Made by a program: the position numbers and the translations under genes. DNA of 64,000 bases from Candidatus Eiseniibacteriota bacterium (lineage in GTDB: Bacteria; Eisenbacteria; RBG-16-71-46; CAVPCR01): NCBI GenBank assembly GCA_963823555.1, contig CAWGMA010000003.1, positions 192,001 to 256,000 of the forward strand, read 5' to 3'. A model generated the notes under the pieces. It was not told the DNA's origin. It saw nothing but the letters and a program-made list of their open reading frames with translations, and ran no database searches. Below are positions 56,441 through 64,000 of this stretch, one piece after another. Position 1 is the first letter of the stretch, and every line of letters starts with the position of its first letter.

Positions 56441-59400
56441 GCGCGCGCCCCCACCGCATTCGTCCGGTGCTCGCGGTCTGGCTCGGCCTCCTCGCCGCGA
56501 CCTGTTGCCTGGCTGCCTCCGCATGGGCGCAGTCGCCGCCGGTCGCCGATCCCGGCGGACCGTACTCCGGCAACGAAGGCCAGCCGATCGCCTTCGATGG
56601 AACGGGCTCCTTCGATCCGGACGGTGGCCTCCTCGGCTACGTCTGGGACTTCGGAGACGGGACCACCGCCACCGGTGCCACGCCGAGTCACACCTACGCC
56701 GCCGGCGGTCCCTTCGTCGTGACGCTCACGGTCACCGACCCCGAGTTCCTGACCGACGTCGCCACGACGACGGCCACGGTGAACCGGACGCCGGCCGCGA
56801 ATCCGAACGGTCCCTATGCGGCCAACCTGGGCCAGCCGATCAGCTTCTCGTCGGCGGGGTCGAGCGATCCGGACGGCGATCAGCTCAGCTACCTCTGGGA
56901 CTTCGGTGACGGATCCACCGCCACGCAGCGCAATCCGAACCATACGTACTCGAGCGGAGGCATCTTCACGGTCACCCTCACCGTGACCGATCCCGGCGGG
57001 CTATCGGATGCAGGAACGACGACGGCGACGGTGAACCGCCCGCCGGTGGCGAATCCGAACGGTCCCTATACGGCCAACCTGGGCCAGCCGATCGCGTTCT
57101 CGTCGGCGGGCTCGAGCGATCCCGACGGCGACACGCTCACCTACCGGTGGGACTTCGGGGACGGCTCGACCTCGACTGCGGCCAACCCGACGAAGACGTA
57201 CGCGACGGGAGGCGTGTTTGTCGTTCTCCTCCAGGTCATGGATCCGGGAGGGCTCACGAACCAGGTCTCGACGACGGCGACGATCAACCGGCCGCCGGTG
57301 GCGGAGGCGAACGGTCCCTATACGGCCAGCCTGGGGCAGCCGATCAACTTCTCGTCGGCGGGCTCGAGCGATCCCGACGGCGATACGCTCGCCTATCTGT
57401 GGAGCTTCGGGGACGGGACGACGTCGACGCAGGCCAACCCGACGAAGACGTACGCGGTGGGTGGCGTGTACACGGTGACCTTGCGGGTGACCGATCCGGG
57501 CGGGCTCTTCGCCGAGGACACGGCCGAGGCCACGATCGCCCGCCCGCCGGTGGCGAACGCCAACGGTCCCTACACGGGGAACCAGGGGCAACCGATCGCA
57601 TTCTCGTCGGCGGGCTCGAGCGATCCGGATGGCCAGGCGCTGACCTACCTGTGGACGTTTGGTGACGGGACGACCTCGACTGCGGCCAATCCGACGAAGA
57701 CGTACGCGGTGGGCGGCGTGTACACGGTGACGTTGCGCGTGACCGATCCGGATCTCCTGTTCGATGAGGACACGACGACGGCGACGATCAACCGGCCGCC
57801 GGTGGCGGAGGCGAACGGTCCCTACACGGGGAACCAGGGCTCACCGATCGCATTCTCGTCGGCGGGCTCGAGCGATCCGGATGGCCAGGTGCTGACCTAT
57901 CTCTGGACGTTTGGCGACGGGACGACCTCGACGCAGGCCAATCCGGCGAAGACGTACGTGGTGGGTGGTGTGTACACGGTGACGCTCAGAGTGACGGATC
58001 CGGGCGGGCTCTTCAGCGAGGACACGGCCGAGGCGACGGTGAACCGGCCGCCGGTGGCGGAGGCGAACGGTCCCTACACGGGGAACCAGGGCTCACCGAT
58101 CGCATTCTCGTCGGCGGGCTCGAGCGATCCGGATGGCCAGGCGCTCACCTATCTCTGGACCTTCGGCGACGGGACGACCTCGACGGCGGCCAATCCGACG
58201 AAGACGTACGCCGTGGGTGGCGTGTACACGGTGACGCTCCGGGTGACGGATCCGGGCGGGCTCTTCAGCGAGGACACGGCCGAGGCGACGGTCAACCGGC
58301 CGCCGGTGGCGGAGGCGAACGGTCCCTACACGGGGAACCAGGGTCAGGCGATCGCGTTCTCGTCGGCGGGCTCGAGCGATCCGGAGGGCGGCGCGCTCAC
58401 CTATCTCTGGAACTTCGGAGACGGCTCGACCTCGACTGCGGCCAATCCGAGTCACACCTATGCGACCGGCGGCGTCTTCGCCGCAACGCTCCGGGTGACG
58501 GATCCGGGGGGGCTCTTCAGCGAGGACGCGGCTGCGGTCCGCGTGAACCGGCCGCCGGTGGCGGAGGCGAACGGTCCCTATACGGCCAGCCTGGGGCAGC
58601 CGATCAACTTCTCGTCGGCGGGCTCGAGCGATCCCGACGGCGACGCGCTCGCCTATCTGTGGACCTTCGGGGACGGGACGACCTCGACGCGGCCAATCCG
58701 ACGAAGACGTACGCGGTGGGTGGCGTGTACACGGTGACCTTGCGCGTGACCGATCCGGGCGGGCTCTTCGCCCAGGATACGACGACCGCCACGATCGCCC
58801 GGCCGCCGGTGGCGAACGCCAACGGTCCCTACGCGGGGAACCAGGGCCAGCCGATCGCGTTCTCGTCGGCGGGCTCGAGCGATCCGGATGGCCAGGCGCT
58901 GACCTACCTGTGGACGTTTGGCGACGGGACGACCTCGACGGCGGCCAATCCGACGAAGACGTACGCGGTGGGTGGCGTGTACACGGTGACGCTCCGGGTG
59001 ACCGACCCGGATCTCCTGTTCGATGAGGACACGACGACGGCCACGATCAACCGGCCGCCGGTGGCGGAGGCCAATGGGCCCTACACGGGGAACGCGGGTC
59101 AGCCGATTGCATTCTCGTCGGCGGGCTCGAGCGATCCGGAGGGCGGTGCGCTCACGTATCTCTGGACCTTCGGCGACGGGACGACCTCGACGGCAGCCAA
59201 TCCGGCGAAGACATACGCGGTGGGTGGTGTGTACGCGGTGACGCTCAGAGTGACGGATCCGGGCGGGCTCTTCAACGAGGACACGGCCGAGGCGACGGTG
59301 AACCGGCCGCCGGTGGCGAACGCCAACGGTCCGTACGCGGGGAACCAGGGCTCACCGATCGCGTTCTCGTCGGCGGGTTCGAGCGATCCGGATGGCCAGG

Positions 59401-62400
59401 CGCTGACCTACCTTTGGACGTTCGGCGACGGGACGACGTCGACGCAGGCCAATCCGGCGAAGACATACGCGGTGGGTGGCGTGTACGCGGTGACGCTCCG
59501 GGTGACGGATCCGGGCGGGCTCTTCAACGAGGACACGGCGCAGGCGACGGTCAATCGCCCGCCGGTGGCCGAGGCCGGCCCGCCCTCGGCGCCGATCTAC
59601 AACGGAGACCGCGGCGTCCCGATCGCGTTCTCGTCGGCGGGTTCGAGCGACCCTGACGGAGATGCGCTGACATATCTCTGGGAGTTCGGCGACGGGACGA
59701 CCTCGACCCAGGCCAATCCGTCGAAGACCTACGCCCAGGGCGGCGCCTACACCGCGACCCTGCGCGTTCGCGACCCCGGGGGCCTGATCGGGACAGACAC
59801 CGCCCCCGTGCTCGTGAACGACCTCGTCGTCACGGCGCCGGCGGCCGGAGTGGTGTGGTCGGAAGGCTCGACGCAGTCGATCCAGTGGACCGCGATCGGG
59901 TCGATCGGCCAGGTGGCCGTCGAGTACCGCCTGCGGCCCACCTCGACGTGGACGCTCATCGGCACCGCGCCGGCGGATGCCGGCTCTCTCCAGTGGCAGG
60001 TGCCGGACATCGGCAGTGCAGACGAGACCGGCGTCCTCGTCCGCGTCCGCCGCGCCGCGGATCCGCAGCTCGAGGACCGGAGCGATCCCTTCACGATCCG
60101 GAACCGCGTGCTCACGGTCACCGCGCCGGCGAGCGGGGACTCCTTCTACGAGACGACGGTCACCGACATCAGGTGGACGAGTGTCGGATTCGTATCGCAG
60201 GTGCGGCTCGAGGTCCGCCTGTCGCCGACGGGCGCCTGGCAGCAGATCGCCGCCACCGAGCCCAACGACGGCCGCTATACCTGGACCGTGCCCGAAGTAG
60301 CGGCGACCCAGAACCGCGCCCAGGTGCGCATCCTGGATGCCGCCGACACCCTGTCCACGCGGGACACGAGCGACGAGTTCACGATCCGCAACCGTTCACT
60401 CGCGATCTCGTCGCCGTCGGCCGGAGTCGTGTGGTCCGAGGCCTCCAGCCAGACGATCGAGTGGACGGTGAACGGGCCGGTGGGGGATGTCGCCATCGAA
60501 TTCCGCCGGAACCCGCTCGAGATCTACCAGGAGATCGCGCGGCGGCCCGCGACCGATGGGAGCTATGTCTGGCTCGTGGCGGCGGTGACGCAGGATCAAC
60601 CCCAGGCGCAGGTCCGGATCCGGGAGCTCGACCCGCGAAGCGATCCGATCAACAGCGAATCCCAGCTCTTCATCATCCAGAACCGCGCTCTCTCGATCGT
60701 CGATCCGGCACCGGGCAGCGAGATCTCGGAACGCATCCAGACGCCGATCACGTGGTCGAGCGCCGGACTCATCGACAACGTGCGGATCGAGTTCCGGCGC
60801 CGGCCCGCTGATGCCTGGGAGGCCGTTGCCGCCTCCGTGCCCAACTCCGGTTCCTACCAGTGGAACACGCCGGAGGTGGCGGCCGACGAGCCGGAAGCGC
60901 AGATCCGCATCACGGATGTCGCGGTCGGCCCGGATCTCGCTCAGGCTCTGAGCCAACCCTTCACCCTGGTCAATCGCACGCTCACGCCGGTCCTGCCCGC
61001 GCCCGGGAGCATCGAGTGCGAGGCGGACACGGTTGCGATCGTGTGGGAGACGCGGGGTTCGGTTCCGACCGTGGACATCGAGTGGCGCATCGACCCCGAT
61101 TCGGCCTGGAATCCGGTGGTCACGGCCGTTCCCAACACGGGGTCCGCCCTCTTCCCGACTCCCGATGTCCCGGCCACGAGCGATCAGGTTCAGCTGCGCG
61201 TGCGACAGGCCACGGACCAGACCGTGACGGCTACCTGGTCACCGTTCACGCTCACCAATCGCGCCATCGCCTTCCTGCGCCCGGTAGGTGGCGAAACCTA
61301 CACCGAGGGCGATGCCGTGCCCGTGAGCTGGCTCTCCGACTGCATCGATTCGGTGCTGGTGGAAGCTCGCATTCGCCCCGGCGCGGCGTGGGTGCCGCAG
61401 GGGCCTGGAGTATGGCCCAACACCGAGCAGATCATCTGGACCGTGCTCCGCGTCGACCAGGAGGAGAACGCAGTTCAGCTCCGGATCTCGGACGCCTCGG
61501 ATCCAGGCGCGGTGCTCTCGGTGTCGAACCCGTTCACCGTGCTCAACCGCGTGCTCGACGTGGTGCGTCCGACGGTGACCGACAGCCTCTCGGAAACGAC
61601 CACCTTCCGGATCGAATGGGACTGGGCGGGGACCCTGCAGCGGGTCTCGATCGACTACCGACTCGATCCAGCGCTCGACTGGGTGCCGATCACGAGCAAC
61701 GTGGCGAACACGGGCAGCTACAACTGGCAGGTGCCGCTCGTGGATCGCGACTATCGCGCAGCCCAGATCCGCGTCACCGACACCAACAACCCGGGCGTCT
61801 TCGACGAGGGTGATCCCTTCATCATCATGAACCGCGCTCTTTTGATCACGCGCCCGGCGGTGCTCGACACGCTCACCGAGACGGCGGCCGATACCATCCG
61901 CTGGTCGACGCGGGGGGAGGTGCCGGTGGTGACGGTGAGCTATCGCGAGAGCCCGAGCGATACCTGGCAGGTGATCGCCTCGGAGCAGCCCAACACCGGC
62001 TTCCTGCCGTGGGTGGTGCCCGCGGTCAACGGGGACGCGACCGCGGCCCGGGTGCGTCTCGACTACCCGGCGGCCCCGGAGGTGACGGTGGAGAGCGGTC
62101 CTTTCGTCATCCTCGACCGCGCCTTCCTCGTGCTCTCCCCGGCCGGCGGCGAGAGCTGGTCCGAGGCCACGACACAGCTCCTCCGCTGGCGCACCGTGGG
62201 TGAGATCGATTCGGTGCGGATCGAGCTCGTGCTGCCGGGAGGCGGCAGTCAAGTGCTCTTCCCCTCGACGCCCAATGACGGCGAGGAGCCCTGGCTCGTC
62301 CCCGAGCTCTCGCTCACGCTCCCCGGCGTGCGCATCCGCGTCATCGATCCGCGGCCGCCGTCGACCGGGGCCACGTCGCAGCCATTCACGCTCGTGAACC

Positions 62401-63602
62401 GTTCGCTCACCATCACCGCTCCGGCGCCGGGCGCGCGCGTCGAGTGGCGTATCGGCTCCACGCAGGCGATTCGGTGGGCGACCGCGGGTGTCGTCGATTC
62501 GGTGTCGATCGAGCTCGGGCGTGATGGTCCGGTGGGATCCTTCGAGACCGTGGTGGCATCGACGCCCAATGACGGCGAGTTCCTCTGGCTCGTGACCGCA
62601 CCCGAGACCTTCAATGCCGTGCTGCGCATGCGCGGGGTGGGGGTCCCGGATGTGGTCGCCATCACCCCCAGCGTCTTCGCGATCTACGACCTGGTGCCAC
62701 CCGATCTGTGCGCCGACTTCGACCATTCCGGGAGCGTCACGCTCGACGAGCTGGTGCGTGTCGAGAGCATCATCATCGGGGATGCGGTGGCCAGCGAGGC
62801 CGATTCACTGGCCGCGGATGGAACCCGTGATGCGCTCATCGACGTTCGCGACATTCTCTGCGGCGTCGATGACATGATCGCGGGGGAGATCGCCGGGCGC
62901 GGGCGGCCCTTCGTGGATGCCGGGTTCGAGGAGAGCGCGGCCCATGGCGCGCTCATTGCCCTCGGCCCGCCACCGGCGGCCGGGATCGTGCCGATCGAGA
63001 TCACGACCGCGGACCCGCTGGCCGGCCTCCTGGTGGCGGTGGAGGTCGAGGGGGGGAGCGCCGACCCCGAGCTGGGCCCCGACGGGGAGGGGCTGGTCAT
63101 GGTCTGGACCGCGACTGGACCCGGACGCCTGACGGCGACCGTGCGCCGCACACCCGGCGGCCCCGTGCTGGCCGCGGGAACGAGCTGGCCTCTCCAGCTG
63201 CGAGTGCGCGCCGCAGCGACCGGCGATGTGATGGTGCGCGTCACGCGCGCGGAGGCAGTGGGGGTCGATGCGAACCCGAAGCCGGTGCATCTCCTGGCCG
63301 GCGAGGCGGCGGTCCTCCCGCTCCAGGTGGCGCTCGGACAGAACCGGCCGAACCCGTTCAATCCATCGACCGTGATCCCCTTCGAGCTGCCGGCGGCAGC
63401 GCGGGTCGAGCTCCGGGTGCATGACGTGGGCGGACGGCTGATCAAGCGCGTGATCGACGGCGCCACGTTCCCGGCGGGCTACCACAGCGCGCGCTGGGAT
63501 GGGCGGGACGAGCGCGGACTCACCGTGGCGAGCGGAGTGTATCTGGCCACGCTCCGCGCGGGAGGGGAGACCTTCACCCGCAAGATGATGGTGATCCGCT
63601 AG
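56437..63602 (+). CDS. Giant secreted adhesin-like protein (~2,388 aa): 13 PKD, 10 Ig-like repeats, dockerin, cohesin-like domain and FlgD-Ig CTD; one frameshift near 58690
   Basis: ORFs 56437-58737 and 58659-63602 join inside PKD repeat 9, where one base is missing relative to sister repeats. Signal peptide, WxFGDG motifs and C-terminal PNPFNP...WDGRD...GVY. Confidence 0.88.
56536..59819 (+). repeat. Tandem 252-bp PKD-domain repeats (13 units)
   Basis: Unit starts are 252 bp apart (e.g. 57034 and 57286), and TTCTCGTCGGCGGG.TCGAGCGA recurs. Confidence 0.92.
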
Positions 63603-63696
63603 CGCGCGCGGCCGTCGCTGCGATAGAATCCCGGCCCCCCTGGCCCCCTTGCCCTGGCCCCCGTCTGCGGCTCACTCCCGCATCGAGGAGCAGTCC

Positions 63697-64000
63697 ATGT
63701 CCGAGACTTACTACAAGCCCGCCGACCTGTCGCGCTTTGCCGAGATGGGTGAGGGTGCCCCCGAGCTCTGGAAGAAGTACATGGAGTACTACTCTGCGGT
63801 GTTCGCCGAGGGGGCCCTCGGCGAGCGGGAGAAGTCCCTGATCGCGCTCGCGGTGGCCACCGCCGTGCAATGTCCGTACTGCATCGATGCCTACACCCAG
63901 GCCTGCCTCGAGAAGGGGTCGAACCTGGAGCAGATGACCGAGGCCATCCATGTCGCCAACGCGATTCGCGGCGGAGCATCCCTGGTGCACGGGGTGCAGA
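63697..64000 (+). CDS. Carboxymuconolactone decarboxylase/AhpD-like protein (arsenosugar-biosynthesis-associated peroxidase-like type), 3' truncated
   Basis: GAGGAG RBS. Translates MSETYYKPADLSRF...EGALGEREKSLIALAVATAVQCPYCIDAYT...IRGGASLVHGVQ with a CxxC motif. Missing from the ORF track because there is no stop in the window. Confidence 0.85.
   Translation, partial: MSETYYKPADLSRFAEMGEGAPELWKKYMEYYSAVFAEGALGEREKSLIALAVATAVQCPYCIDAYTQACLEKGSNLEQMTEAIHVANAIRGGASLVHGVQ

Noticed and set aside
56536..59819. PKD repeats as a diversity-generating retroelement TR/VR pair
   Set aside because: No reverse transcriptase in the window, and differences between units are not adenine-specific.
1..64000. 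Prophage, IS element or defence island
   Set aside because: No integrase, transposase, phage structural or recognisable defence genes.

Overview
64 kb of high-GC (roughly 68-70% by eye) bacterial chromosome with about 41 densely packed genes. I found no rRNA, tRNA, CRISPR array, transposase or integrase. Five secreted proteins end in a 'PNP(F)...G/A-VY' FlgD-Ig / T9SS-sorting-type C-terminal domain, which suggests an FCB-group organism such as Ca. Eisenbacteria (inference). Housekeeping and metabolic content: Lhr helicase C-terminus, dinB, an atypical IMPDH/GMP-reductase, asnA, a split futalosine menaquinone cluster (ubiD, mqnA, deaminase, ubiA, ubiX, menG), the HMT/MTHFR fusion and a GldA/F/G-like ABC module. 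Most interesting signals: (1) a four-gene, ATGA-coupled operon (TPR/CsgG-like lipoprotein, OM beta-barrel, cohesin-domain protein, ~2,390-aa PKD/Ig adhesin with a dockerin) that looks like a non-cellulosomal cohesin-dockerin surface-display system; (2) an unannotated 29-aa leader peptide with promoter, RBS and a 14-bp hairpin upstream of a heterodimeric ABC exporter; (3) a CarH-type B12 photoreceptor paired with a DUF4397 lipoprotein and a palindromic operator; (4) AbfD-like and IMPDH-like enzymes with altered catalytic motifs; (5) a stand-alone long hairpin element between two divergent promoters. Two genes carry frameshifts that are probably long-read errors. All family calls come from motif recognition, not database searches.
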